From an uncultured Syntrophaceae bacterium (GTDB lineage Bacteria; Desulfobacterota; Syntrophia; Syntrophales; UBA2192): a stretch of DNA of 46,710 nt. The stretch covers positions 1-46,710 of the forward strand of contig CAYSDD010000002.1 of NCBI GenBank assembly GCA_964429555.1. The letters run 5' to 3'. The position numbers were made by a program, and so were the translations under genes. How positions within the stretch are numbered: the first letter of the stretch is position 1; the number at the start of each line of letters is the position of its first letter. This document shows, one piece after another, positions 1-11,170 of this stretch. The notes beneath the pieces were generated by a model. The model was not told where the DNA came from. It saw nothing but the letters and a program-made list of their open reading frames with translations, and did no database searches.

Positions 1-66
1 TTTTTGACACGGGGCGGCGATTGTGATAACCAGACTCATCCCGATCCGGAAAGGAAACAGATTCGC

Positions 67-885
67 ATGCCGGGCGGTCCCTTCCCCCAGGCCGAGGGGC
101 GCTTCGGAGAGCTGCTGGCCCTCATCGAGACGCTTCGCAACCCCGACGGCGGCTGCCCCTGGGACATCCGCCAGACGAAGCGCGACGTGGGCCGCTATCT
201 CCTGGAAGAAACCTGCGAGGTCCTCGATGCCGTCGACCGGGACTCGCCCGCGGCGATGAGGGAGGAGCTGGGCGATCTGCTCTTCATGATCCTCTTTCTC
301 GCAAGGATCGCCGAAGAGGAAAAGCTCTTTGGAATCGAGGAGGTCCTGGACGGCATCTCGGCCAAGATGATCCGCCGCCACCCCCACGTCTTCGGCGATG
401 CGCAGGTCGAGGACGCCGACGAGGTCAAGCGCAACTGGGACCGGATCAAGCGGGAGGTGGAGAAGCGGGGCGAAGGGGATGCCTCGATCCTGGCGAGGGT
501 GCCCCGTGCGATGCCGGCGCTGCCGAGGGCCCAGAAGCTCACCGCCGAGGCTGCAAAGGTCGGCTTCGACTGGGAGTCGGCGCAGGACGTCGTGGCGAAG
601 ATCGAAGAGGAGCTGGGGGAATGCCGCGAGGCCCTCTCGGGGGCGGACCCGGACCGCATCCGTGACGAGGTCGGGGACCTCCTCTTCTCGATCGTCAACC
701 TGAGCCGCCACCTGAAGGTCAATGCCGAGGAGGCCCTGCGCGCCGCGAACCGGAAATTCGAGGAACGCTTCCTTTATATAGAGCAGAAGCTCAGGGAACG
801 CGGGAAGGACCCCGCCTCGTCCACCCTGGAGGAGATGGACGCCCTGTGGAACGAAGCAAAAAAGAAGGGGGACGTTGGTAACTAA
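67..885 (+). CDS. mazG: Nucleoside triphosphate pyrophosphohydrolase MazG
   Basis: ORF 4..885. Two MazG-type halves (CPWDIRQTKRDVGRYLLEETCEVLDA...EELGDLLF; EELGECREAL...DEVGDLLFSIVNL). ATG at 67 follows GGAAAGGAAA. The last codons (GDVGN*) lie inside the left arm of the 27-bp inverted repeat. Confidence 0.9.
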   Translation: MPGGPFPQAEGRFGELLALIETLRNPDGGCPWDIRQTKRDVGRYLLEETCEVLDAVDRDSPAAMREELGDLLFMILFLARIAEEEKLFGIEEVLDGISAKMIRRHPHVFGDAQVEDADEVKRNWDRIKREVEKRGEGDASILARVPRAMPALPRAQKLTAEAAKVGFDWESAQDVVAKIEEELGECREALSGADPDRIRDEVGDLLFSIVNLSRHLKVNAEEALRAANRKFEERFLYIEQKLRERGKDPASSTLEEMDALWNEAKKKGDVGN

Positions 886-991
886 TTAGACAAACTTGAT
901 AGTCGTCATCGTCCAAACGAGAATCGTGAATGGAAGAGACGATCATCCGTATACCCAGAATGGAGTTTGTCTAATTAGTTACCAACGTCCC
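868..991. repeat. Perfect 27-bp inverted repeat (GGGACGTTGGTAACTAATTAGACAAAC, 868-894 / 965-991) flanking a 70-bp AT-rich core; MITE-like or long hairpin element
   Basis: Read directly: 965-991 is the exact reverse complement of 868-894. Local GC is far below the window average. It overlaps the mazG stop codon. Confidence 0.85.
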
Positions 992-1005
992 TGGTCTGAA
1001 GAATT

Positions 1006-1206
1006 ATGGAAAACGTCAATCTGAAATTCTTCCTCTGTGTGGTCGGCATGGTCCTCGTGCTGGAGGGACTGCCCTATTTCGCGTTCCCGGAAAAACTCAA
1101 GTCCCTGTACCTGAAGATGCAGGAGGCCTCGGACACGACCCTGCGGATGATGGGGTTTCTTGCGATGGTCATCGGCGTGCTGCTCGTCTACTTCGGCACG
1201 AGCTAG
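1006..1206 (+). CDS. DUF2065 (YjeT-like) small membrane protein
   Basis: 66 aa with two hydrophobic segments. VLVLEGLPYFAFPEKLK...LRMMGFLAMVIGVLLVYFG resembles E. coli YjeT as recalled. Confidence 0.7.
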   Translation: MENVNLKFFLCVVGMVLVLEGLPYFAFPEKLKSLYLKMQEASDTTLRMMGFLAMVIGVLLVYFGTS

Positions 1207-1277
1207 TCCGTGTTTCGAGGAACATCAATTATTTTCTTGATTTAACTCTGATTTGCCGGTATTCACGCACGTCAGTT

Positions 1278-1395
1278 CTGGAATATTGGAGCATTGGGAT
1301 AGGGGTATGATGGGTTGGCGGGTCTTCGACCCGGCATGCAGGAGAACGCTTCCGATGACCCGTCATTCCATCGTTCCGTGATTCCATGATTCCAG
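1278..1395 (+). repeat. Imperfect long hairpin element with 8-nt periodic arms
   Basis: 5' arm GGAATATT GGAGCATT GGGATAGG GGTATGAT (1280-1311). Reverse complement of the 3' arm (1356-1395) reads GGAATCAT GGAATCAC GGAACGAT GGAATGAC. Several arm mismatches are G:U-compatible on the + strand. Confidence 0.7.
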
Positions 1396-1404
1396 CTTTT
1401 TATT

Positions 1405-2439
1405 ATGAGACTGCAAGACTTCGACTACCCGCTCCCCGAGGAGCTCATCGCCCAATGGCCCGCACCGGATCGCGAGCGTTCCCGGATGATGGTGGTCGAC
1501 AGGGCAACGGGCAGCCTGCAGGACCGGGTTTTCCTCGAGTTCCCGGAGATGCTCAGGAAGGGTGACGTGCTCGTCATCAACGACTCGAAGGTGATCCCGG
1601 CGAGGCTCTTCGCCCGCAAGACGACGGGCGCCGCGGTCGAGATCCTGCTGCTGCGCAGCCGCGAAGGGGCGTCCTCGACCCGGTGGGAGGCGCTGCTGCG
1701 GCCCGCCAAGCGGATCCGGGCGGGCACGACGATGGAGCTCGACGGGGGGGCAAGCGTCCGGGTTCTCGAGCGGATCGACGACCGGAAATGGGTGGTCGAG
1801 TTCCGGACCGATGAGCCCTTCGAGCGCTTCCTGCAGCGCCGGGGCCATGCGCCCCTGCCCCCCTACATCCGGCGCCCGAGGGCCGGCGCCGCGTCGGCTG
1901 CCGATCTCGAGCGCTACCAGACCGTCTACGCCAGGCACCCGGGGTCCGTCGCGGCGCCGACGGCGGGCCTCCATTTCACGGAGGCCATCCTCGGCGAGAT
2001 CCGCGGCCGGGGCATCCCCGTGGCAACGGTGACCCTCCACGTGGGCTACGGGACCTTCACGCCGGTCGAAGCCGAGCAGATCGAGGATCATACCATGGAC
2101 GAGGAATACTTCGAGATCGGCGACGAGACGGCCGATGCGGTCAACGCCGCGAAGCGCGTCGTCGCCGTGGGGACGACCTCCACGAGGGTCCTCGAATCGG
2201 CCGCCGACGCGCAGGGCCGCATCCATGCGACCTCGGGCTCCACGGGGCTCTACATCTACCCGGGCTACCGGTTCCGGCGCGTGGGGGCCCTGCTGACGAA
2301 CTTCCACCTGCCCAAATCGTCCCTGTTCCTGCTCGCCTGCGCCTTCGGCGGCCGGGAGCTGATGCTTGCGGCCTATCGGAGGGCCGTCGCGGAGCGCTAC
2401 CGGTTCTACAGCTACGGGGATTGTATGTTGATCGTCTAG
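1405..2439 (+). CDS. queA: S-adenosylmethionine:tRNA ribosyltransferase-isomerase
   Basis: 344 aa. MRLQDFDYPLPEELIAQWPA...LHFT...GTTSTRVLES...LLTNFHLPKSSL is typical QueA. Confidence 0.95.
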   Translation: MRLQDFDYPLPEELIAQWPAPDRERSRMMVVDRATGSLQDRVFLEFPEMLRKGDVLVINDSKVIPARLFARKTTGAAVEILLLRSREGASSTRWEALLRPAKRIRAGTTMELDGGASVRVLERIDDRKWVVEFRTDEPFERFLQRRGHAPLPPYIRRPRAGAASAADLERYQTVYARHPGSVAAPTAGLHFTEAILGEIRGRGIPVATVTLHVGYGTFTPVEAEQIEDHTMDEEYFEIGDETADAVNAAKRVVAVGTTSTRVLESAADAQGRIHATSGSTGLYIYPGYRFRRVGALLTNFHLPKSSLFLLACAFGGRELMLAAYRRAVAERYRFYSYGDCMLIV

Positions 2440-2459
2440 CGCAGAGCGCTAGACGATCA
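2429..2459 (+). repeat. Perfect palindrome (14-bp arms, 3-nt loop) spanning the queA stop codon
   Basis: TGATCGTCTAGCGC-AGA-GCGCTAGACGATCA read directly. No U-tract follows, so it is not a classical intrinsic terminator. Confidence 0.8.
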
Positions 2460-2460
2460 G

Positions 2461-4096
<1,636 letters not shown>

Positions 4097-4114
4097 GGGC
4101 GAAGGGGGATCCGC

Positions 4115-5719
4115 ATGTTCCAGAGCATCAAGCTGAGAGTCCTGATCGCGGCGGTGGTGGTCATCGCCTCGGCGTATTTCCTCCTGCCCTCCGTCGTCCC
4201 GGAGCTGCCGGCATCGGTGAAGAACCTCTTCCTGAAGAACCGGATTCACCTCGGCCTCGACCTGCAGGGCGGCATGCACCTCGTCCTCGAGGTCGACACG
4301 GCGAAGGCCCTCGAGGGGACCGTCGAACGGCTCGCCAACAGCCTCAAGGACGGCCTCATGGAGAAGCGGGTGCGTTTCCGCGGCGTGGAGCGCAGGGCGG
4401 ACAACACCATCGCCATCGAGCTGCCGAACCGGGAGGCCCGGGCGGATCTCGAGAAGGTCCTCGCCGAGCAGTTCCCCGACCTGGAGATCCAGTCCGCCGA
4501 CCTCGCTGACGGGCGCGAGAAGGTCGTGCTGCGGCTCAGGGAGAAGCGCGTCGCCGACATGAAGAAGACGATCGTCGACCAGAGCCTCGAGACGATCCGC
4601 AACCGCGTGGACCAGTTCGGCGTGACCGAGCCCGAGATCATCCCCCAGGGCGACGACCGGATCCTGATCCAGCTGCCCGGCGTGAAGGACCCCAAGCGGG
4701 CCATCGACCTCATCGGCAAGACGGCGCTGCTGGAGTTCAAGCTCGTCGACGAGGAGCACAGCCTCGAGGAGGCCCTGCGGGGCAACGTGCCGGCCGGCTC
4801 GATCCTCATGAAGGGCGCCCGCGAGGGCGGCGAGCGCACCGGCACCCGGCGCGACACGTGGTACCTCCTGAAGGAGCGGACCCTGCTGACCGGCCAGTCG
4901 CTCGAAAACGCCCAGGTGAAGATCAGCGACCGCTTCGGGGAGCCCTACGTGGCCATCAAGTTCAACTCCCAGGGGGCCCGGGATTTCGACCGGATCACCG
5001 GGGAGAACGTCAACCGCCGGCTGGCCATCATCCTCGACGGCGCCGTCTACTCGGCGCCCGTCATCAAGGAGAGGATCTCCGGCGGCGATGCCCAGATCAC
5101 GGGGGCCTTCACCACGGAAGAGGCCCGCGACCTGGCCATCGTGCTCCGGGCCGGCTCGCTGCCGGCGCCGGTGAAGATCCTCGAGCAGCGCACCGTGGGG
5201 CCCTCCCTCGGGCAGGACTCCATCGACAAGGGGATCCGGTCGGTGATCATCGGCATGATCCTCGTCGGGGTCTTCATGGTGTTCTACTACCGGCTCTCGG
5301 GTTTCGTGGCGATCCTGGCGCTCGTGCTCAACATCGTCATCCTGCTGGGGGCCGTGGCGCTCTTCGACGCCACGCTGACCCTGCCGGGCATCGCCGGCAT
5401 CGTGCTGACGATCGGGATGGCCGTCGACGCCAACGTGCTGATCTTCGAGCGGGCCCGGGAAGAGCTGCGCCTCGGCAAGACGCCCCGGGCCGCCATCGAG
5501 GCGGGTTACGCGCGGGCGTTCCTGACGATCCTCGACACCAACGTGACGACGCTGCTCGCGGCCGTGTTCCTCTTCCAGTTCGGCACGGGGCCCGTCAAGG
5601 GGTTCGCCGTCACCCTGAGCATCGGCATCGTGGCCAGCATGTTCACGGCCATTTTCGTGACGCGGATCATCTTCGACTACGTGACCTGGAACCGGAAGAT
5701 CAAAGCGCTGAGCATATGA
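4115..5719 (+). CDS. secD: Protein translocase subunit SecD
   Basis: 534 aa. LGLDLQGGMHLVLEVD, RNRVDQFGVTEP, and a C-terminal 6-TM region with LPGIAGIVLTIGMAVDANVLIFER. Confidence 0.95.
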   Translation: MFQSIKLRVLIAAVVVIASAYFLLPSVVPELPASVKNLFLKNRIHLGLDLQGGMHLVLEVDTAKALEGTVERLANSLKDGLMEKRVRFRGVERRADNTIAIELPNREARADLEKVLAEQFPDLEIQSADLADGREKVVLRLREKRVADMKKTIVDQSLETIRNRVDQFGVTEPEIIPQGDDRILIQLPGVKDPKRAIDLIGKTALLEFKLVDEEHSLEEALRGNVPAGSILMKGAREGGERTGTRRDTWYLLKERTLLTGQSLENAQVKISDRFGEPYVAIKFNSQGARDFDRITGENVNRRLAIILDGAVYSAPVIKERISGGDAQITGAFTTEEARDLAIVLRAGSLPAPVKILEQRTVGPSLGQDSIDKGIRSVIIGMILVGVFMVFYYRLSGFVAILALVLNIVILLGAVALFDATLTLPGIAGIVLTIGMAVDANVLIFERAREELRLGKTPRAAIEAGYARAFLTILDTNVTTLLAAVFLFQFGTGPVKGFAVTLSIGIVASMFTAIFVTRIIFDYVTWNRKIKALSI

Positions 5720-5735
5720 AAAAGCGGAGCAAAGC

Positions 5736-6653
5736 ATGGAACTCATCAAGCCCGACATCAATTTCGACTTCGTGGGAAAGATGCGGATCGCCGTCCTGAT
5801 TTCCGCGGCGGCCATCCTGATCAGCATCGTCTCGCTCATCGCGCACGGCGGCCCCAACTGGGGAATCGACTTCGCCGGCGGAACGGTCATCCAGGCCAAG
5901 TTCCAGCAGGACGTCCCGATCGACCGGATCCGCGGCTCCCTCGACGCCGTCAACCTCGGCGAGGTCACCATCCAGCAGTTCGGCGCCCGGGACGAGCACG
6001 AGTACCTCATCCGGACGGCCGAGTCGACGGAAGACCTCAAGGGGCTCTCGGGCCGGATCGAGGACAGCCTCGCGGCGGCCTTCGGCAAGGACGGCTTCGA
6101 GGTCCGCCGCGTGGAGGTGGTCGGCCCGAAGGTCGGCAAGGACCTCACGCAGAAAGGGATCCTGGCCGTCGTCTTCTCCTGGATCGCCATGCTCATCTAC
6201 ATCGCCTGGCGCTTCGAGTTCCGCTTCGCCGTGGGGGGCATCCTCGCCCTGGTGCACGACACGATCATCACCGTCGGCGTCCTGTCCCTGCTGCGGATGG
6301 AGTTCAGCCTGGTCATCGTCGCGGCGCTGCTCACCATCATCGGCTACTCCATCAACGACACGATCGTCATCTACGACCGCATCCGGGAGAACATGCGCAA
6401 GAACGTCCGGCAGGAACTCGCGCAGGTCGTCAACGCCAGCATCAACCAGACCCTGAGCCGAACGATCCTGACCGTCCTCACCGTCGTGCTCGTGCTCGCC
6501 TCGATCCTGTTGTTCGGCGGGGCGGTGATCTTCGACTTCGCCTTCGCCATCCTCGTCGGCGTGCTCGTGGGCACCTACTCCTCCGTTTTCATCGCCAGCC
6601 CCATCGTGCTGGCCTGGGAGCGGGTGAGCCCCTCGAAACGAAAGAGGAAGTGA
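5736..6653 (+). CDS. secF: Protein translocase subunit SecF
   Basis: 305 aa. GIDFAGGT, IGYSINDTIVIYDRIREN, directly downstream of secD. Confidence 0.95.
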   Translation: MELIKPDINFDFVGKMRIAVLISAAAILISIVSLIAHGGPNWGIDFAGGTVIQAKFQQDVPIDRIRGSLDAVNLGEVTIQQFGARDEHEYLIRTAESTEDLKGLSGRIEDSLAAAFGKDGFEVRRVEVVGPKVGKDLTQKGILAVVFSWIAMLIYIAWRFEFRFAVGGILALVHDTIITVGVLSLLRMEFSLVIVAALLTIIGYSINDTIVIYDRIRENMRKNVRQELAQVVNASINQTLSRTILTVLTVVLVLASILLFGGAVIFDFAFAILVGVLVGTYSSVFIASPIVLAWERVSPSKRKRK

Positions 6654-6657
6654 GACC

Positions 6658-7170
6658 TTGACCCCCCTGGAGGCCGCGGGCCTGACGATCTTCATCCTGG
6701 TGCTGCTCATCGGGTTCTTCACGACCCTGCTGGGGCTGCCGGGGACGATCGTCATCCTCCTCGACGCCCTCGTGTACGCCCTGGTCACGGGCTTCGAAAG
6801 GATCGGCTTCGGGATCCTGCTGGCGCTCGTCGCGATCTCGGCCCTCGCCGAATCCCTCGAGTTCCTCTTCGGCGTCACCTGGGCGAGGCGCTACGGGACC
6901 TCGAAGCGGGGGATCGCGGCGTCGGTGTTCGGCGGGATCGTCGGTGCCGTTCTCCTGACCCCGGTCCTGCTGGGGCTCGGGGCCCTCATCGGGTCCTTCC
7001 TCGGGGCGCTCGCGGGGGCCTTCGCCGTCGAGCTCCTCTCCCAGCAGGAGCTCAAGCCGGCGGCCAGGGCCGGCTTCGGGGCCCTGATGGGGCGCCTGGC
7101 GGGGCTCTTCGCCAAGGGGGCCTGCGGGCTCGCCATGGTGATCATCACGCTGATGGCCATCTACTCGTGA
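6658..7170 (+). CDS. DUF456-family membrane protein
   Basis: 170 aa, four or five hydrophobic segments. LLGLPGTIVILLDALVYAL resembles the DUF456 N-terminus. TTG start as given by the track. Confidence 0.6.
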   Translation: MTPLEAAGLTIFILVLLIGFFTTLLGLPGTIVILLDALVYALVTGFERIGFGILLALVAISALAESLEFLFGVTWARRYGTSKRGIAASVFGGIVGAVLLTPVLLGLGALIGSFLGALAGAFAVELLSQQELKPAARAGFGALMGRLAGLFAKGACGLAMVIITLMAIYS

Positions 7171-7186
7171 GAAAGACGAACGCATC

Positions 7187-7804
7187 ATGACCTCCAACCC
7201 GAAAGCAACAAAGATCCGGGAGTACGCGGAGGCGATCATCATCGCCATCCTGATCGCCGCCTTCATCCGCACCTTCGTCGTCCAGGCCTTCAAGATCCCC
7301 TCGGGCTCCATGAAGCCGACCCTCGAGATCGGCGATCACATCCTGGTCAACAAGTTCAGCTACGGGGTCAAGCTCCCCTACCTGCGCAACACGATCATCC
7401 CCGTCGGCCAGCCCCAGCGGGGCGACATCGCCGTCTTCATCTACCCCGAGGACAAGTCGAAGGACTTCATCAAGCGGGTCATCGCGGTGGGGGGCGACAC
7501 GGTGGAGATCCGGGACAAGAAGCTCTTCGTCAACGGCAAGGCCGTCGACGACCCCCACGGGGTCCACGTGGAGGACGTCATCTACCCGAGGGCGATCCAG
7601 CGCCGGGACAACTTCGGGCCCGTCAAGGTCCCCGAGGGGACGCTGTTCGTCATGGGCGACAACCGCGACCAGAGCTACGACAGCCGGTTCTGGGGATTCG
7701 TCAAGCTCGAGGACGTCATCGGCAAGGCCTTCATCATCTACTTCTCCTGGGACAGCGAGAACGGCGGCGTGCGCTGGGGCCGCATCGGGAAGCTGCTGAA
7801 CTGA
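7187..7804 (+). CDS. lepB: Signal peptidase I
   Basis: 205 aa. GSMKPTLEIGDHILVNKFSYG (catalytic Ser box), KRVIAVGGD (Lys box), GDNRDQSYDSRFWG. Confidence 0.95.
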   Translation: MTSNPKATKIREYAEAIIIAILIAAFIRTFVVQAFKIPSGSMKPTLEIGDHILVNKFSYGVKLPYLRNTIIPVGQPQRGDIAVFIYPEDKSKDFIKRVIAVGGDTVEIRDKKLFVNGKAVDDPHGVHVEDVIYPRAIQRRDNFGPVKVPEGTLFVMGDNRDQSYDSRFWGFVKLEDVIGKAFIIYFSWDSENGGVRWGRIGKLLN

Positions 7805-7854
7805 TCCGCCAATTCCGTTGAAAAAGACGCCTCTTTGCGATAGAGTCCCTTTCC

Positions 7855-9501
7855 ATGAAAGGACCTTCCTCCGGGGCGATCGCGGTGATCCTGGGCCTGC
7901 TGCTCATGATCCTCGCCTGTGCCGATGCCGACAGGGACGAGGGGCCCGTCGCCGCGCGCGGGGACGAAAGCACGCCCGCAACCGGCGACATCCTCGTGGA
8001 GGGCTCCATCGGGGACGCGAGCAACCTCATCCCCCTGCTGGCCACGGACAGCGCGTCGCACGGCATCTCGGGTCTCATCTTCAACGGCCTCGTGAAGTAC
8101 GACCGGGACCTCAACATCGTCGGCGACCTGGCCGAATCCTGGGACATCTCGAAAGACGGCCTCGTCATCACCTTCCGGCTGCGAAAGGGGGTCCGATGGC
8201 ACGACGGGCACCCCTTCACCGCCGAAGACGTCCTGTTCACCTACCGGCTCACGATCGACCCGAAGACGCCGACGGCCTACGCCGGGGATTTCCTGAAGGT
8301 GAAGAAGGCCGAGGTCCTCGACCCCTACACCTTCCGCGTGACCTACGACAAGCCCTTCGCCCCCGCGCTCATGAGCTGGAGCGCCTCCGTGATGCCCCGG
8401 CACCTCCTGGAGGGCACCGACGTGACCCGGAGCCCTCTGGCGCGCCACCCCGTCGGCACGGGCCCGTACCGATTCAGGGAGTGGAAGACGGGGCAAAAGA
8501 TCGTCCTCGCCGCCAACCCGGATTACTTCGAGGGCCGGCCCTACCTCGACGGCCGCGTCATGCGGGTCATCCCCGACATGGCCACCCTGTTCCTCGAACT
8601 CCGGGCGCGGGGCATCGACCACATGGGGCTCACACCCCTGCAGTACACGCGCCAGACGGAAAACCGGTACTTCCGGACGCACTTCCGAAAGTACCGCTAC
8701 CTCGCCTTCGCCTACACGTACATGGGGTTCAACCTCGAGAACCCGATGTTCGCCGACCGGCGGGTCCGGCAGGCCCTGGCACACGCCGTCGACAAGGGGG
8801 AGCTCATCGACGGCATCCTCCTGGGCCTCGGCAGGGAGGCCACGGGCCCCTTCAAGCCGGGCACCTGGCAGTACAACCCGAACGTGAGGCGCTACCCCTA
8901 CGACCCGCAGAGGGCCCTCGAGCTCCTCGCGGAGGCGGGGTGGCGGGACACCGACGGCGACGGCATCCTCGACAAGGACGGCAGGCGGTTCGAATTCGAG
9001 CTCCTCACCAACCAGGGCAACGAGGTCCGCGCCAAGACGGCCGAGATCGTGCAGCGCCGGCTCTCCGAGGTGGGCATCTCCGTGAAGATCCGCATCATCG
9101 AGTGGGCCGCCTTCATCAAGGAGTTCATCAACAAGCGCCGCTTCGACGCCGTCATCCTCGGCTGGACGATCCCCATGGACCCCGACCTCTACGACGTCTG
9201 GCACTCGAGCAAGACGGGCCCCAGCGAGCTGAACTTCGTCTCCTACCGCAACCCCGAGGTGGACGCCCTGCTGGAGAAGGGCCGCGGCACCTTCGACCGC
9301 GCCGAGCGCAAGCGCTGCTACGACCGGATCCAGGAGATCCTCGCGGAGGACCAGCCCTACCTCTTCCTCTACGTGCCCGAGGCGCTGCCCATCTTCCATG
9401 CGAGGATCCGCGGGATCGACCCGGGGCCCATCGGCATCGGCCACAACACGATCCGGTGGTACGTGCCGAAGGAGGAGCAGAAGTACGTGATGACGCAGTG
9501 A
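7855..9501 (+). CDS. ABC transporter substrate-binding lipoprotein, peptide/nickel (family 5) type
   Basis: 548 aa with signal peptide and lipobox (LMILAC). Family-5 SBP features (WHDGHPFTAEDVLFTY, NPDYFEGRPYLD). Confidence 0.85.
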   Translation: MKGPSSGAIAVILGLLLMILACADADRDEGPVAARGDESTPATGDILVEGSIGDASNLIPLLATDSASHGISGLIFNGLVKYDRDLNIVGDLAESWDISKDGLVITFRLRKGVRWHDGHPFTAEDVLFTYRLTIDPKTPTAYAGDFLKVKKAEVLDPYTFRVTYDKPFAPALMSWSASVMPRHLLEGTDVTRSPLARHPVGTGPYRFREWKTGQKIVLAANPDYFEGRPYLDGRVMRVIPDMATLFLELRARGIDHMGLTPLQYTRQTENRYFRTHFRKYRYLAFAYTYMGFNLENPMFADRRVRQALAHAVDKGELIDGILLGLGREATGPFKPGTWQYNPNVRRYPYDPQRALELLAEAGWRDTDGDGILDKDGRRFEFELLTNQGNEVRAKTAEIVQRRLSEVGISVKIRIIEWAAFIKEFINKRRFDAVILGWTIPMDPDLYDVWHSSKTGPSELNFVSYRNPEVDALLEKGRGTFDRAERKRCYDRIQEILAEDQPYLFLYVPEALPIFHARIRGIDPGPIGIGHNTIRWYVPKEEQKYVMTQ

Positions 9502-9503
9502 TG

Positions 9504-9610
9504 GAAGAAGAAGGTGAGACGCTGAGAGGGTAAGAAGGTCGGAGAAGCAGAGGGCGCGACACCTGCCACCGGTTTATCCAACCTTCTCACCGTCTCAACC
9601 TCTTCCCTTC
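9504..9610 (+). repeat. Dispersed hairpin repeat, copy 1 (8-nt periodic arms)
   Basis: 5' arm GAAGGTGA GACGCTGA GAGGGTAA GAAGGTCG GAGAAGCA. 3' arm CCAACCTT CTCACCGT CTCAACCT CTTCCCTT. 39 of 42 nt of the 5' arm are identical to 45749-45790. Confidence 0.85.
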
Positions 9611-9683
9611 GTGAAGACAGGGGAAGAGAAAAAGACAGAGGGGCTCGACAACCGGGCAAGAGCCCTTCGACGCAGAGGGACTG

Positions 9684-10013
9684 ATGCTCTACATGATTCT
9701 CCTGATCCTGTTCCTGCTGTGCCTCGGGGTGGTGGCCTCGAGCTTTCTCGCCGGCTTTTCCGCCGCGGAAAAGCGCCCCGCCTTCTACCGGGACGAGCGG
9801 TTCCGGAAGCGCATGGAGTGGTTTCTCGCCCCCGTGATCGCCCTGCTGATCGGGCTTATCAACATCAGCCTCGACTACACGATGATCCTGGCGGGCCCCG
9901 CGGTTCTCGTCTCGGGGATCTTCCTGCGCCCGGTCTCGGAGGCCCTGATCGTGGAGCCGATCTTCCGTCTCTATTCGAAGGGAAAGGGGAATGGAAAAAC
10001 ACAAAACGGGTAA
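9684..10013 (+). CDS. Hypothetical small membrane protein
   Basis: 109 aa with three hydrophobic segments and non-GC-artefact composition. No family recognised. Overlaps the next gene by 23 nt. Confidence 0.45.
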   Translation: MLYMILLILFLLCLGVVASSFLAGFSAAEKRPAFYRDERFRKRMEWFLAPVIALLIGLINISLDYTMILAGPAVLVSGIFLRPVSEALIVEPIFRLYSKGKGNGKTQNG

Positions 10014-11097
10014 AACCCTCCACAGGCCGAGGAGAAGGACCGCGCAGCAGGCGGCGCCCGCGGCGAAGCCGGAGCCGGTTTCGGGACGCTGGCCGGAGCC
10101 GCGGGAACTCCCCGTTCTCCTCCTCTACAACATCGACCCCGCGTGGGAACCGGCGGAGCAGGAGGAAGCCGTCACGGCGACGCAGGAACTCATCGACGCC
10201 CTGCGGCAGGTCGGCCACCCCGTCACCCCCGTCCGGGTCGACGATCCGGATCTGCGGAGACTGCTCGCCCCCTACGATCCCGGCCGCTTCGTCGTCCTGA
10301 ACTGGTGCGAGGCCATCCCCGGCATCGCCCACAGCGACGCGCTGGCCGCCGAGGTCCTCGAGGAGATGGGCTTTGCCTACTCGGGCTCGCCGCCCGCGGT
10401 CCTGAGGCTCAGCGGGGACAAGGAAAAGGTCAAGGACGTTCTGCGGCGGGCCGGCGTGCCGACGCCGGAGGGCCGTGTCTGCGCGGCCGCCGCGGACGCC
10501 CCGTGGGAGACCTTCCCCGCCATCGTGAAGCCCGTCCGGGAACACTGCAGCATCGGGATCACCCCCGAGTCCGTCGTCCTGGACCGGGAGGCCCTGCACG
10601 AGCGCATCCGCTTCGTGACGGAGACCTACCGGCAGCCCGCGCTGGTGGAAGAGTTCATCGACGGCCGCGAGTTCCGGGTGACCCTGTGGGGAAACGAGGA
10701 CGTGGAGGTGCTGCCGCCCGTCGAGATGGAGTTCTCCGCCTTCGGCGACCTGCGCGAGCGGCTCTGCTCGTGGGACGCCAAGTTCACGCCGGGCTCGCGT
10801 CCCTACACCGAGATCCGCACCGTCGCCCCCGCACCGCTCTCCGGGGAAGAGCGGCGCCTGCTGGAGGACGTCGCCCGGGCCGCTTACCGGGCCATGGGGA
10901 TCCGGGACTACGCCCGGTTCGACTACCGCCTGCGCGACGGGGTCTTCTACCTCCTGGACCCGAACCCCAACCCCGACATCAGCGCCGACGCCAGCCTGGC
11001 CCTCACGGCGGAACTCGCGGGCCACTCCTACGGCCGGATGGGCAGCCGGATCGTGCAGATCGCCGCGCAGCGGCACCCGAAGTTTCGCAGCCGATAA
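9991..11097 (+). CDS. ATP-grasp protein, D-alanine--D-alanine ligase-like
   Basis: 368 aa. DKEKVKDVLRRAGVPTPEG, FPAIVKPVREHCSIGI, ALVEEFIDGREFRVTLWG, VLPPVEMEF. Basic, low-complexity N-terminus. Confidence 0.8.
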   Translation: MEKHKTGKTLHRPRRRTAQQAAPAAKPEPVSGRWPEPRELPVLLLYNIDPAWEPAEQEEAVTATQELIDALRQVGHPVTPVRVDDPDLRRLLAPYDPGRFVVLNWCEAIPGIAHSDALAAEVLEEMGFAYSGSPPAVLRLSGDKEKVKDVLRRAGVPTPEGRVCAAAADAPWETFPAIVKPVREHCSIGITPESVVLDREALHERIRFVTETYRQPALVEEFIDGREFRVTLWGNEDVEVLPPVEMEFSAFGDLRERLCSWDAKFTPGSRPYTEIRTVAPAPLSGEERRLLEDVARAAYRAMGIRDYARFDYRLRDGVFYLLDPNPNPDISADASLALTAELAGHSYGRMGSRIVQIAAQRHPKFRSR

Positions 11098-11133
11098 AAA
11101 AGGGCAGAACCGCGGCACGGCCGCAATCTGCCC
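11096..11133 (-). terminator. Intrinsic terminator downstream of the minus-strand PP-loop gene (also closes the convergent ATP-grasp gene)
   Basis: Minus strand reads GGGCAGA-(inner GCGGC/GCCGC stem)-TCTGCCC followed by TTTTTT (complement of 11096-11101). Confidence 0.6.
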
Positions 11134-11170
11134 CTGCTTCCCGCTCACCCGGCCCGAAAGGCCGGGCCCC

